DNA of 64,000 bases from Vicugna vicugna (GCA_013265495.1 MU058221.1:4466001-4530000), one strand, 5' to 3'. Positions 28,451-41,733 are shown, counted from the first letter of the stretch. The notes: generated by a model from the letters alone, not told the origin. Numbers and translations are program-made.

Positions 28451-29147
28451 GTTCTGTAGCATACACATTATCTAAGTGAACACACATTTGTATGAGCAAG
28501 AAAAATACCTGGAAGGACACATGTCAACTTGCTAACAGAAGGAAGTGCAGAGGAGTAGAACGGTAGGAAGGAGGGAAAGGAGATTCTTACGTTGCATGTT
28601 ATTGTGGAATCCCATCACAGATACATTTACACTTATGTAAATTCCATGATGCAGGCAGACGATAGGGGGAGAGAACAAATATAAATGAAACGCGTGAGGC
28701 ATTTTTGCCTGCCAGTCCCCCGAAGGCATCGGCACACAGACAGTGTAAGACGGGAGAAGTCAGCGTGCTGCCTCCTCTGCCCATCGCAGTTCTCAGGGCC
28801 ACTCTGGCTTTCAGCATTGCCCCGCACTGATCCGTGGTAACTGCATATTTTTTTCTGTTCAAGGCCTAAACACAAGCCATCCATTTTCCCTTGCTGAAAG
28901 AGAGTATGTGGGTTTCCAACACAACACTAGACTCCTAGGGAGGGATTTTCAAGGTAAGACTGAATACAATTTTCATCTTACAGGCTGACTATCGCACCTG
29001 ACCTCCTCCTAAGACACACCTCCACTCTATACTGCATACTTTCCTGCTATGTATTATAACTTTAACGATATCTTAAAAATAGAAAATAGTTCAATATTTC
29101 TGTACCTCTAATATACATCTTTAAAAAAAGAATCTTGATATACATAC

Positions 29148-29251
29148 CTGCTTACCAGTGAAACCCTGGCAAATCACCTTCGTATTTTTATCAACATAGA
29201 GATGCTTCCGGGAAGCTGTGTAGGTACAGTGCCGGATCCCGTTCTTCTGCA
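29148..29251 (-). CDS. SUCLG1: SUCLG1 exon 2
   Basis: ttttcAG acceptor; (L)[43 protein letters not shown] donor; 104 nt. Not in the ORF track, read manually. Confidence 0.96.
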
Positions 29252-32200
29252 CTGAAAAGTAGAGAAAATACGACACGTTATAATTTCTCCAAACTTTTGG
29301 ACGATGAATTTAACCTGGTGACAAAAAAAAAAATCCTCTAATGCAAGCACTGTCTTGTGATGATGGTAACTTCAAATGTCACTCTTGAAATGAGACATAC
29401 TGACTACAGAAATAAAGAAACAAACAAAAAAAGACACTGTTCTATCCTCCAGAACCCCCTCTGTACTGAGAATCATAATCTTGTAGCTTTTTCTGAATTG
29501 AGGAAGAAAAGGTTAAGTTTATAATTTCCATTTCTCCGAAAGAAAACTGGGGCTCAGACATAGGGCTCAAATTAAACCCAGGGACTAAAACCTAGGTGTC
29601 ACTCCTACTCATGGTGTTTACTAAACAGCCACAGGCTTTCCCCATTTGACTCAACATTTTTAAGCCCAACATCTATAAACAAAGACGAGCTAAGAGGCAA
29701 ACTTTGTCAGAACCATGAAGGACTACTCTGCAACTCACTCCCCAGTAATAATATTAATGGTAAGTGTTAACATTAAATGTGAAGGCATGGAATAAAACTT
29801 GTCTAAAATATAATCGAAAATTACTTCTGCTTAAGACTCAAGACCTACATAGGAAAGAAACAGGGAAGATAAGATAAATAGGAAAAGAAGATGAGGGACA
29901 AACATGCAAAAAAATTCCTAAGTTATTTTCAGCAACGGACCTCAATGAAAACTGAGACATCTAAGTCTTTCCTAAAGCCAGCTCCCCAATATTTCAAAAA
30001 TAAATAGAAAGTAGAGCACAGATGAATTAAAATTGTGGGCTACCTTTAAAACCCCCAATAAAGCCCCAACCTGCTGCCTCTGTGGCCCACCCCTGGCCCT
30101 TTTGGAAGTGCCAGCACCTACCACTGAGGCCCCCCATGAAAGCTAGAAAAGAATATCTCATCACAAAGTTGTCCAGGGTCCACTCGGTGCTTTTTGTCTT
30201 GAATCCCCGCCTCCTGCCCTCCTAAATCCAGACCTCAGGTTCCATAACTGACCTGCTTCTGGCCCTGTGAGCACCCCTTGATTCATCTTCAACTCACTGA
30301 CTGACCTCAGCTCCCAACAACTTTGAATTTTGGAGTTCCTGGTGCCTCTAAGGAAGAGACAGGCCCAGAATTCACCCTGACCAGCCAGGAGAGGAGCATC
30401 CTGTGTGCACACAGCCCAGCTGAGTCCTCAGACTAGGCTATGAGGAGCCAGGGGCCCTGGGCGAGCACGGAGGGTCGCGTCCTGGCCCAGCGAGCCCAGC
30501 TAAGCACCCAAACCTGGGTCAGTGAACACAACAGGAGCCCGTGGCCTGACTCCCAGTTCTTCCAGCTGGACCCCCACCCCCACGATCCTGGTGGACGAGC
30601 CTTCCTCCCCTGCTGCTGTTCCTGGGGCAGAACTTTCTCCCCCAGTTCCTCCCATTCCTGGGATATTCAATAAATGGTCCATCTATCAGCAGTTTCCGGA
30701 CACGAAAGAACAAGATTTGATTTACAAGATCAAATAAGCTCAGGGTATCTGGAGCCCATACTTGATAAAAAGGAAACATTTGCCTTTTGAAGATCAAGTT
30801 CAGTTCTCCACAAGCACTCTTACACTCACCACCTCAGGAGAGGAGACATCGCACGGTTCACTTCTCCTTCCATAGGGGCAGGAGTGCCTTGTCACCCTGA
30901 GCAAAGCCAGGTCGGCCTGCATCTGCGAAGTACGGCCTCAACACTGGAACAAACACGACCACGACCTGCTCCTACCCCAAACTCCCAGATCGACTCGACG
31001 GAGCTCGAGGCTTCATGGCGCCAGATCTCGGGGCTCAGACTACTTCCGAGAGTGTGATGAGTAGCAGCTCTGCTCCCAGGCAGTCTCCTAGCCCCTTGGC
31101 ATTGCTCAGCCTGTGCACTGACCCTGCCATTCTACGGCATCCAGTGGAGAGGATCTTGGGCGATCCACCATGCGTGCGTGCCCGCAGGTCATCTCCCCAC
31201 CTGCTGTACGAGCCCGGACTCACACAGGTGAGCTAGAACCAACAGACTATCACCACCTCTGAGCTAACCCCAAATACACGCTCAAAGATAAGGAAGTGAG
31301 ATTCCTGACTGCACTGTGGCCAGACGAGGCATCCCTGGTACTGGAATGAAGGACGCTAAAACACTCATGCATTTATGAGACCCAGAGGAAGATCTTGAGG
31401 TGCTCAGCAAGCCCTGGTGTCCATAATCACCACAAATGCCCTCTTAATCCCAGACCCTCACCCCACACCAGAAGACGAGCCTGCCCCGTCTCTGGCCCTT
31501 CACACCGAGCACACTCTCCCAGCCGCCATGGCTGTGGGGAGACCTCAGTCTCCCGACGCTCCGCGCCACCACGACACAGGTGACAACTGGTGGCTATTTT
31601 TAAGGTAATACTGGCATCAAATCAATGACAAATCTTAGCACTGCTGACATCACAGAATCAAGGAAATTCTTTCTCGTTGGCCATTTGTGTGCATTCAGAT
31701 GGAAATAACGCAAAAGATGCTTATATTCTAAGTAAAACTCACCAAATTTTAAGCCACTTCTGTCATTCTCCTCTTTCTTCCCCACCTTAGATAATCCAAG
31801 GCCCAGAATCGCAGGCTGGAGGCTCCCCCATGAAAGCAGCCTCTCCTCACCCCCACCTCGGCCCCTCTTCACCTCCCCTCCCACATCCCACCACCCTCCA
31901 ATTTGCACTGGTAAAGGGTTCAAACTACTAGCCGCTGTAAACATTAAATCTGTCAGGCTGGCTCTGTGCATTTTCTTTCCTTACTTCATTTCCTCTCCAC
32001 CCAAATCACCAATCAAATACCGTCAGTAATTTAAAAAAAGAAAAAAAGCCTATTCTGCTCCTGCTGAAGAATGCGAAGTGGTTTACAGTACAAACCTTCA
32101 GCTGTGTCTCCTGCTCAAAGAGGCCCAACCATAGTTCGGTTTTACATACAAACCTGACCTCTCTGACAAAACCACCGAGTAACTAGAGCAAGCTATTTAT

Positions 32201-33469
32201 TTTCTGAAAGTAAACCTAGAACACAGGGCGTATGTCAGTGGCCAAATCATCTCGCAAGTATTTCCCACCTTTCAATTAGCAAGTCAGTGTATGAAATTTC
32301 CTGAGAATTTTACTTGTATCGATTCGTGTCAGTTGACATTAAACTAAAACATTTTCACTCGACATCTGTGACTTATAACAAAGGGTTTGTAGGGGCTCTG
32401 AGATTAAGAAGAAGGAAACTTATATAAACACTTTCACGTGACATCTAATAGTAAACACCACTCAAGGGAGTAAACACTTTGCTACTCTCTTTACTGCATT
32501 ATTTCTATGTAAAATTATTTCCGGCTAAATTGCTTGCAAGATTAAGCGTCATCTCAATACTTTCAGAACTTTTAACCGTAAACTCCGTGAGGGAAAGGAC
32601 CACGTCTCGTACACCCTGGCATGTGGTACAGCACCTTACAGAGTAGCTGCACAGGAAAAATTTGACTGAATTTCAGGATGAGACAGGATCTGAGAAGAAA
32701 CACAGAAGGGCTAAGTATCAAAAGTTCCACTCTTTTTGTGTGAATTGGAAAATGTCAATCTCAAACTCCCACTTACCAGGAAAGAGGGGGGAAAAACCTA
32801 CGTCTATTTTTGTACCTGCAAAGATCATAGGTTTCCCAAAAATTCGTATAAAGATGGTACTGAAGTCCAGCCCTATATGCTACTAGCAGTCCTCAACCTG
32901 TATCAATTCAGTACAAATTCAATGCTAACCTTTTTTTTTTAAACAAATGAAATCCAGGAAGCAGTAATGTAACACAACTGGACGATTTCATTATAGGAGA
33001 AAAGAAAGGACCTAAATCAAAATACAGCACAGGCAGAGCTAAAGGCAGTGACAGGCCAGGAGGACGGTCTGGTAACATGTAACAGGCAAGGAGGACAACC
33101 TTGGCAACCTGAGCAACACAAGGGGCCAACAGGAAGAAGGAGACCAAAGCCAGACAGAAAACTGGACAAAGGCCACAAATGAGCAACACAACTGGGGACA
33201 GACAAATGGTAATGCAACACATGAGGAGATATCTGACTTAACTGATATGAAGAAAATGAGTATTTTTAATTAAACATGAGGGCAGCAGGAAGGAAGGTCG
33301 AGGCCGGCCGCCAGGCAGAATTTCCCCGTGGTGAAGGCCATGGGTGCCAGGCCCTGGGGCATCTCCAGGGAATGTGGTGGAGCTGCCTTCTCTTACTAAC
33401 AGGCCAGCCTAACCTTGGGATTGTGTCCCAGGAGCAGCTGGAAAACACAGTCCCAGGAACCAGATGGGC

Positions 33470-33630
33470 CTGAGTCTGCCGCTCACCAGCCAGGTAACCT
33501 GGAGCAGGTCTTTTGATCTCCCTTAGCCTCAGTCTTCCCATCTGTAAATGGGATGACAGCTGCCCACGAGGAGGCTGTGATGGTGGCATGAGGCCTGTAA
33601 ATTGGGTAGCAAAGTGCCTTGTACACTCCC
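33470..33630 (+). mobile_element. MIR SINE remnant
   Basis: Core motif AGCCTCAGTCTTCCCATCTGTAAATGGG. Confidence 0.6.
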
Positions 33631-36600
33631 CAAAATGGGTTCACATCCTACATGAGCACAAAGGTAAATCATTTTCTAAAAAGAGAGAAGATGCAGTTCA
33701 TACATTAAAATCAAGTAAGTCTAATCAGAAATGTTCTATCTATGTTCTTATGCATAGCTCATATATGCTTACGCGTAAATACACTGATCCACGTCTACAT
33801 ATAACGTGCCGTATGCACACGTATGCTAGTGAATTTTTAACATCGACAACTTTTTTAAAAGTGCAGCCTCACTGTAAATATGGGGAGAGTAATAATATTA
33901 TGTACCTCATGAGCAATATGAGAATTAGATGAGTTAATAATACAATATACGGAGCAGGCAGGATAATAACTGGGGTAGAGAAGTGCTATTTCACTCTTAG
34001 CTCTTTTTATCATTATCGCGGCTGACATGGAATGAAAAGCCCAAGCTGCCTTGAGATGTTCATTGCGCCAGGCGATCCGCCAGGCACCAGGGCCTCGGGG
34101 GTGGAGAAGATGGCGGAGGCCCTACCCACAGGAAGCTTCCGGTCCTGGAAGACAACTAAACATTAAACAAAGAGACGCAAAAGCCACAAAAGTGCAAACT
34201 GTAATAAAGGCCATGAAGGAAAAGGCCCGAGTCGTCTGAGAGCTAAATCCGTATCCGTCAGCCACATGTGGAGTCCTCTTCCCCACAGAGAGTAACTACG
34301 TCACTTATAATATGGCTGTGGGATGTGGGATGAGGGATGCGAGCTGTGGCCAAAAAGCACCTGCCCAGACGGGACTCAAACCATGGCGTCGTGTGACCAG
34401 CAGTGTGCTCTGAACAAGTACCCTGAGACTCCGTTCATGAAAATACTCCTCCTCCACCTCTCAGGCTGTCCATCTGTAAGGTGGTATGTGCTCCTGACGT
34501 TAAGACACATGTACTTACTAATCATATGCATTACACAGGCTGCTGCGGTCCCTTTCCTGTAAAACCTTCAAGTACCGCAGAACAGCTCAGCGGCCACTTA
34601 CTTCCAAACCCCAAACGACCCACCATTCAAATTAAAAACTATATAAAAATAAATACTTGCTCTTAGTCCCTATTTATTCTCAAAGACCCAACTGATAGGA
34701 ACTACTGGTTTATGTTCAAAATGATCCTGCACTACCTTATACTTCTTGAAAATCTTCACTATTTCAATTCCAAAGGTGCTTAAGAAATCCTCAAAGTTTC
34801 TCATGGAGGAAATCTTTCTTATTTTTCATTTTCTTTTCTCTCACCACTTCAACTGGGTTCTTTCTCCTTTTTCATAAGAACTGTTTTGGGGGCTCAGGAA
34901 TTTCTAAACATTCTAGGCTGCCCCCAGCAGGTCTCTGGGAGGCATCTACAGGCGTTTGGGTTTTGGTTTTTTTCTAACTCAAATCAATATTGCGACACAT
35001 ATGACCTTCAACACAAAATGTACCATTAATTAAAACTTAGTAGAGGGAACAAAATTCCCTAGCAACTCAAGTTCTATTTGTGACCTCAGAGCCTAAATAA
35101 ACTGTGATCACCTTCAAAAAAACAGTGTGCAAGGTGACATTGTTGTGGCTGCTGTTTTTGGGGGGATTGGAAATGGGCTTAGAAATATGGCATGGGAAAA
35201 AGAAGATTTGGGGGATTCAGAGGTTTTTAAACATTAACCCTGTAGTTTGTAACCTTTCTAATATAGGAGATAGCTTGGTTTAGATCTGACCCCTCAGAGC
35301 CTTAGTGTCAGGTTAATCACATGACTGGGACAACTGAAGGCCAACAACAGGAAGCTAAACTAGATGATCTCTTAAGGCCCCAGGATCCTGCATCTAGGAA
35401 TAAAGAAGTTCCCGCTCTGTAAGAGGACTGTTAGGTATTGCTAAGGCGAGATCCAAGATCCTGATTTTCTAGACACTTCCTTTCTTCTCCAGACTCTCCT
35501 AAGACAGCAGACCTACCCAATCCAAGGATTTTTCAGAAACTCAGATGAGCAAGACCCCAGAAGAGAAAGACATGGGTATAACTAATCCCTTTTCGCCTTC
35601 GGTCTACAACACCCTTAGTTATGTTTTAAAACACATAACAAAAATCTCCAGCAAACTTTCCCAAATAAACCCAACTTCTTCCTACCTGCCAAAGTTTGTC
35701 CTCATGTGATCTGACAACTAAGAGTAGCTACTGAGTACACTTTTATCATCCCTGTACACTTTTAGAGTGTAATCTTTGCAAGAAACGAATTAAGTCACAT
35801 CCAGTATTCAGCACCACCAGTAGAATTAGAAAGAAGAAAACTAACTTTGGTTGAGTGTCTATTATGTCCCAAACGCTTTACATAAATTGTTTCACTTATT
35901 CTGCATGGTAAACCCAGATCATCCCGTACGTCATCATTTCTAGGATCCATATTTACTTTTTTTTTTTTTAACATTTCTTAGAGTATGCAACTGACAACCA
36001 ATGGTGTGTCACAATTTTAACTAGCAATCATTTTCCACCATTAGTGGTAGGCAAAATAACAGCGTATCTTACAAGTCATAAAATATGGTAGTATTTTCAA
36101 GGGATTTGAAACAAAAATTGAGGAGTAGATTTAGAAACATCCCCAGAGTCAGTACGCAGACTGTACAGAACTAGCCATACTTCAAACCCTGATGTGGCTG
36201 ATTCCAAAGTCCTTTCCTACACAAACTACCTAATAATCACAGAGACTTTGAACGTAACAAGAATTTTCAACAGTCAGCGTTAACAGCAACCTTGGGTATT
36301 AAGTTCTGAGGAAGTGAAAAATTCGCACCACCTGGTGGAGACATTGCAAATCAAGTTGATCAAGGTCCCAGCCAACCCTCAGCTTCTAGGGGTTTTCTAG
36401 GTCTGTGCCGACTCCAGGTGCAGAATCCTTCCGCATACTGACCCTACAGTCTACGGAAAGTACAATTCGAAGTGTAGGACCGCCCTGCACAAGGCTCAGC
36501 CTCACCCTCCAATTTCCTTCTGGTATCTTCCCCCTGTCTCTCAACCCAGACACTCACCCTCGCAGCTGAGTTCATCCGGGACCACCTCATCTCTCACTCC

Positions 36601-36917
36601 CCAAAGGGCCAGTCTAGACGTCGCCCCCAGCCAGCTACCACTCATCACTGCGGGATCAAGGGCCTGCCCCCAGGTCTGCGGGGCTCCCACACCCGAATCC
36701 TGGCTCAACCACTCCACGACCCCACCCGCCAGCAGCCTAAGCCAGGTCCCCCGCCCCGTAATTCTGAAAAGCTCCCTCCACCCCAGAGGGTCCCGACTTA
36801 GGGCCCCCGCCGAAGTCCCGCCCCGGAGGGCCCAGCCGCGGCCTGGACCAGGGCGGTGGGCCCGGCGGGGCCGGGGACTCGCGGAGGTTTGGAGGAAAGA
36901 GCCCTGGCCGGACTCAC

Positions 36918-37014
36918 GGAGGAAGGAGCGCGACAGGAGGCGGGCGGCGGCGAGGCCGCTGCTGCCAGAGGCCATGGTCGCGGCGGCAGGGGCAGCGGCG
37001 AGGGCTGCGGTCAT
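36918..37014 (-). CDS. SUCLG1: SUCLG1 exon 1 coding part (mitochondrial targeting peptide)
   Basis: ATG at 37014, [32 protein letters not shown]; donor GTGAGT immediately after 36918; 97 nt; lies in a CpG island. Confidence 0.96.
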
Positions 37015-37280
37015 CCGCCAATGACACTCCCAGGCCCCCGAGGATCCAGGCCGGCGCCGGGGCGCGGGGAGGGAGCGGGTGGCCAGAGAGTTCGCCGGAA
37101 TGAATGTGCTCCCGCAGAGGCCTCGTCACCCAACACTGGGTATCGCAGAAGGGAGAAGGAAAAGGCTTATTAGCGGACAAGTGGACACTAACTTGGCTCT
37201 TCCCCGGAAAGGTGAGTTTGATTCAACATTAACGACACCGGCAGCCCAGGGGAAACCCCACTGAGGCCCCTCGGCGCGGG

Positions 37281-37299
37281 GCATTGTGGGAAATGTAGT
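37281..37299 (-). promoter_or_regulatory. ZNF143/THAP11 (SBS) motif ACTACATTTCCCACAATGC
   Basis: Close match to the known ACTACAnnTCCCAnnATGC housekeeping-promoter motif, about 270 nt upstream of the SUCLG1 ATG. Confidence 0.8.
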
Positions 37300-37801
37300 T
37301 TGATGGCCGCAACTTGTCAGTAGTTTCCGTCGGGGGTCCGGCGGGAAGCGGAGCGAAGGAGGAAGAGGGAATCAGACCCAGGAGGTGGTGTTAAAAAGAA
37401 GTGAGGAAACAGTGAGGCGAGGTGCAAAGGGCAGAGAAGAACTTTTCGTGTTCCTTCCAAGGCCAGGCTGCGCTTTCGTCTTCCTCATCTGCCATATGGA
37501 GAGGATGCTGCTGCTCACCGCCCACCCTTGCTAGGACCAGGAGGGATTTCCGAAGGTAGCGGCGAATCTGAGCTCCTGCTAGTGTCCCGTGAGGGTAGGG
37601 ACGTGACGAGGAGGACTCAAAGCTACCTTCCTGGCACCTCACTTCGTGGAATATGGATCTTTTGGTTAAACAAGCTATCGTGCAGCCTTCGGCCAGCACT
37701 AAGTAAATGAGTGCCGGCTCCCTGGAGATCCTGGAGGACTGAAGTTACAGGGCAAAGTGCCTGCTCCCTGTTTGTTCACTCCTCTGTAAGAGCTCTAGAA
37801 G

Positions 37802-37985
37802 TGTTACGGAGTTCAAACCCGTTCTGCTCCCCCCACAGCAGGCTAATAAATTGGGAAACAGGGTGCCAGGGCAAGGAATAGCGACTTTATTCTGAAAGAC
37901 CGCAGACTGAGAAGATGGCAGACTAATGTCCTGGAGAAACATCTTCCCCCAGGTTAGAATTCAGGCTCCTTTTATGCTAAAAAAG
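37802..37985 (-). mobile_element. ERV1-type LTR fragment
   Basis: Begins TGTTAC (LTR ...CA end on the minus strand), with ACTTTATT polyA signal and CTTTTAT TATA-like spacing. Confidence 0.5.
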
Positions 37986-37989
37986 CCAG

Positions 37990-38137
37990 GAGGAGAGCTC
38001 TCATCAGGAATCTAACTGGCCAGCATCCTGGTATTAGACTTCCCGGCTGCAGAATTGTGAGGGGGAAAAAAAAAACGTTTATGGCTTAAGCCACTCAGTC
38101 TGTGGTATTTTGTTACAGCAACTTCAGCAGACTAATA
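37990..38137 (+). mobile_element. MaLR (MLT1/MST) LTR 3' part
   Basis: GACTTCCCGGCTGCAGAATTGTGAG...AAGCCACTCAGTCTGTGGTATTTTGTTACAGCA...AGACTAATA. Confidence 0.75.
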
Positions 38138-38551
38138 ACCCTGTTTCATGTGTCCCCCAGACCTTTCTGATGGTTCTTTTGACTACTGACCTCCTTCCAC
38201 CTCTAAGTTGAGAGAGTGGAATGGATAACACTTAAGCTCTCCTGGCTTCCCCTCTTCTTCCCTAGCCCGAGGATCCTTTTCTGGTCTTGGAGACGTTAAC
38301 TCACATTTTTGCCCTAAATTGAAGTTATTTCTGTCATTCTCAGCAGCTTTGAGGTAGGCATTCCTTTCCTGGGGTTATGAACTGAAAATGCCAAACAGAA
38401 GTTGGTGAGGGGAAGAGGTGTCAGTATTGGTAAGGAGAGGGCCAAAGAACAGAAGGAGACATGGAAGGAAAAGCGTCAGTTTTTATTACAGAGTGTCTTC
38501 CTGCTGCCATCTGAATGTGCCAAAGCTTTGCCTGTATTCTCCTAGGCAGTC

Positions 38552-38899
38552 TGTGGTCAGCTGGGGCTGCTATCACAAAGTAGCTTGGACTGCCGGGTGC
38601 CCGATGAACAATAATATTTATTTTTCAAGTTCTGAGGCTGCAAGGCCAAGATCAGGGGGCCAGCATGGTCAGTTTCTGGTGAGAGCCCTCTCCTGGGTTG
38701 CAGACTGCTGTCTTCTTATTTCCTCACATGGCAGAAAGAGGGAGAAAGAGCTCTCTCGGGTCCCCACTATGAGGGCACTAATCCCGTTCATGCGGGTATC
38801 ACCCTCATGACCTAATTACCTCCCCAAAGCCCCTCCTCCTAAAACCATTGCACTGGGGTTTAAGACTTTGGGGGAGACACAGACATTCAGAACACTGCA
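38552..38899 (-). mobile_element. MaLR (MLT1A/MST-like) solo LTR
   Basis: GGCTGCTATCACAAA...TTCTGAGGCTG...CTCACATGGCAGAAAG...CCCTCATGACCTAATTACCTCCCCAAAG; TG...CA ends. Confidence 0.8.
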
Positions 38900-38960
38900 T
38901 CTAGGCCCAGTTCTGCCAACTTCTTTCTGGAAAAATAATTAAAAAGGCTAACTTCTCTGT

Positions 38961-39076
38961 GGGGAGGGTATAGCTCAGTGGTAAAGTGCATGCTTAGCAT
39001 GCACAACGTCCTGGGTTCAATCCCCAATATCTCCATTAATAAACAAACAAACCAACCTATTTACCTCCCCCTCCAA
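38961..39076 (+). mobile_element. tRNA-derived SINE (long tail)
   Basis: A and B boxes; TSD AAAAAGG(C/T)TAACTTCT at 38941-38956 and 39077-39092. Confidence 0.88.
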
Positions 39077-39699
39077 AAAAAGGTTAACTTCTTAAAAGAA
39101 AGATAGCTGTTTTATCCCTAGTGATGTGAGAGAAATATCCTGTAGCCAGGAGAGGCCAGGGCCTCTGGGGCTGCTGAGCGAGCCTGAGCCCTCGATCCCC
39201 ACTGTGGGGACCACTAATCCCTTCATAAAACAATGTTGAGAAGAGGTGGCTTGTGCCGTTGGCCTGGTTTACGAAAGATGCTAAGACATAAATCAGAACC
39301 ACTTAACCTCAGAGCTTCAGCTTTTGGAAAATTGGGGGAAGGGATGGGGGTTATTTTCATCTGAAGTACAGCTTCAAAGAGAGACAGAATCACACGGTGC
39401 AATTTTAAGAAAGAACCGGCCAGCGTCATTGGCTGATGTGAACAGAGGCAGCCTCTTTCCCTGCCCCTTGCAGGGACTGGCACTGCGAGCCCGGCTGCCT
39501 TTCCTAAAGAATGAGGACAGAGACCTCTGGAATGTGCTTACAGAGCCCTCCTCAAAGCCTGGTACAGTTCTTTGAAGGGTTACTGCTCCTCGGAAGGGGA
39601 GATTTGCTCTGCATTGCACCCTCACAGGAGTGTTGAGAGCTCTGACCTCTCCTTTGGAAGAAGTGGTTTGCAAATATAATTTCCTCTCCCCATACTTGA

Positions 39700-40010
39700 G
39701 CCCTGTTGCAGATTTGGTCCCCTGGGAAGGAGACTGTAAACACTCTGTTCAGGAGTACCCTGGGGACCAAGTCCTGCTGGAAAGAAAGGAAGAGAGCAAG
39801 ACTGGGCAGAGAGGGAGAGGTCCATATGCAGTGCCGGCCCAATGGCAGCCTTAGCCAGCGCCCTTCAGAATTGCCCTGAACCGGGCAAGATGGTCAGGCC
39901 TCTATACCCACCACGTGGGTCATCGCTGTGTGTGAGCAGCCCTGGGAGGGGCGTGATCACAGATCTAGGAGGTTCCTGAAAGGGGAGGGTGGGGCAGACA
40001 CGGCTCTGAA
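39700..40010 (-). mobile_element. ERVL LTR16-like remnant
   Basis: CCCTGGGAAGGAGACT...GGGCAGAGGGAGAGG...GCCCTTCAGAATTGCCC...GGCCTCTATACCC, matched from recall. Confidence 0.45.
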
Positions 40011-41228
40011 GGACACTCCAGGTCTTGCGATTGATCTGTTCTCATGGTCGGAGGTCATCGTACTGTTCTGAGCACAGCTTCCGCGGAGGGGACTTGGGAG
40101 CCCTTCCAAGTCTCCCTGGCTTGCTTTCCCGCCAGCGGGATTCTGGCCATCCAGGGGGAGGCAGTTAAAAACACCAGTGTCACAGAAGTGGGAGATGGCA
40201 GTGAGGGCAGCACATTTTATTTAATTCCAGATTCCTCTTGCATTTTATTTTATTCTGATAATCAGTCTGAAAACTGGGTAAGCAAAACCTCTCTGTCTTC
40301 AAAACCAATATACTAGCCAGAGCAGAGAGAAAGGACAAGCCCTAGGTCATATATTTAGAATGAAGCTGACCAAGGATTATCACCCACATCCCTCAACACC
40401 TAGGCTCAGCTCTGAGTCAGAGCGACAGTTGGAACCAATAGCAGCCGCTGCGGCCTTGGCTCAGTGATGCTTCTGCGGGAGCTAAGCAATCAGAATCTCC
40501 CAAGTGAATCTCAGGAATTTATATTTTAAAAAAGCTCCCCAGCTGATCCCCCAGTAGCCCTGGCATTTAGCAATTCCTTGCTTTTGGCCAGTAGTACTTA
40601 GGAGCTCATAACTGAAGCCTTGCTTTTCCTCCGAATGCCTGTCATACACACGCCAGCCCTCCCAGCAGGTATTGAGGAAAACAGAATGTTGCAAAGAGAC
40701 AGTGTTTCACCCTATTTACCAATTGGGAAACATTTAGAAATGAGCTCGTTCATGTTGGCTTGGTTTCTACACCTTTGTTGGCTTCCTCCACCCACCCCCC
40801 CTCCCAGGATGAGACTATACAGCCACCTAGCAAAACCATGAGAGGATGAGAAAGAAGACAGCATCATTTGCAGCTGGCTTTTTTAAGAGTTATAGATTTA
40901 CAGGACATGCAAGGAGGTGGCGGATGCCTTGTTACCACTGAATGGTGCTGAAAGTTCTACTTCCCATTTGGCCAACTCCGACACCACCCGGGAAGAAAGG
41001 AGGAAGGATAGGGGAGAGCAGAAGCCCAGATTCCCACTTGACCTCCACGGATACCCTTGGAAGAGGGCTTCCTTATTAATGAGTGGGAATGAAGATGCCA
41101 GCTCCCCACTAGGTCTTCTTTGGGGAGAAGGGGATAACTTAAGCAAGGATGGAAATTTGGGCTACCCACTTGGCCTTTCTTGATAGGGGCCATGTTTTTC
41201 CCCATGGGGTTTGGCTGAAGTAGGGTGC

Positions 41229-41390
41229 TGTCTTAGTCCATTCAAGCTGTTACAAAATAATACCATAGCCCGGGTGGCTTATAAACAGGAGGAACGGATT
41301 TCTCACAGTCCTGGAGGCTGGGAAGTCCAAGGTCAAGGCACTGGCAGAGTCGGTATTTGATGAAAGCCGACTTCCTTGTTCATGGACGGA
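41229..41390 (-). mobile_element. MaLR LTR fragment
   Basis: TGTCTTAGTCCATTC...TTTCTCACAGTCCTGGAGGCTGGGAAGTCCAAGGTCAAGG. Confidence 0.75.
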
Positions 41391-41468
41391 TAGGTCTCCA
41401 TGTTCAAAAGCCTTTAATCACTATAGGATAAATGCTGGTGTGACACTAAGTTCTGAAAAAGAGGTTAA

Positions 41469-41616
41469 GGGGGGAGGGTAGAGCTCAGTGGTAGAGCACG
41501 TGCTTAGCACGCGTGAGGTCCTGGGTTCAATCCCCAGCACCTCTGTTAAAAAAAAATCAAAATAAATACATTAAAAGAAAGCCTAATTATCCCCCACCCA
41601 AGAAATTAAATAAACA
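41469..41616 (+). mobile_element. tRNA-derived SINE (long tail)
   Basis: A and B boxes; perfect TSD AAAAAGAGGTTAA at 41456-41468 and 41617-41629. Confidence 0.9.
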
Positions 41617-41733
41617 AAAAAGAGGTTAAAACTGTGACTTTACACAATGATATCAGCTTTGAGAGAAAAAGTGGAAAACATTTTATCTTAATGGCTAGCA
41701 CTTATCATGCCTGAAGTCTTCCATGACTTGACT

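Larger units (their letters stand above)
36650..37360 (-). promoter_or_regulatory. SUCLG1: SUCLG1 CpG-island promoter
   Basis: GC- and CpG-dense sequence spanning exon 1; no obvious TATA; ZNF143-, YY1- and ETS-like motifs. Confidence 0.85.

Noticed and set aside
38965..39030. tRNA-Ala(AGC)-like genes (this and seven similar loci)
   Set aside because: They have polyA tails, TSDs and a shared non-tRNA head, and lack an intact acceptor stem: these are SINEs, not tRNA genes.
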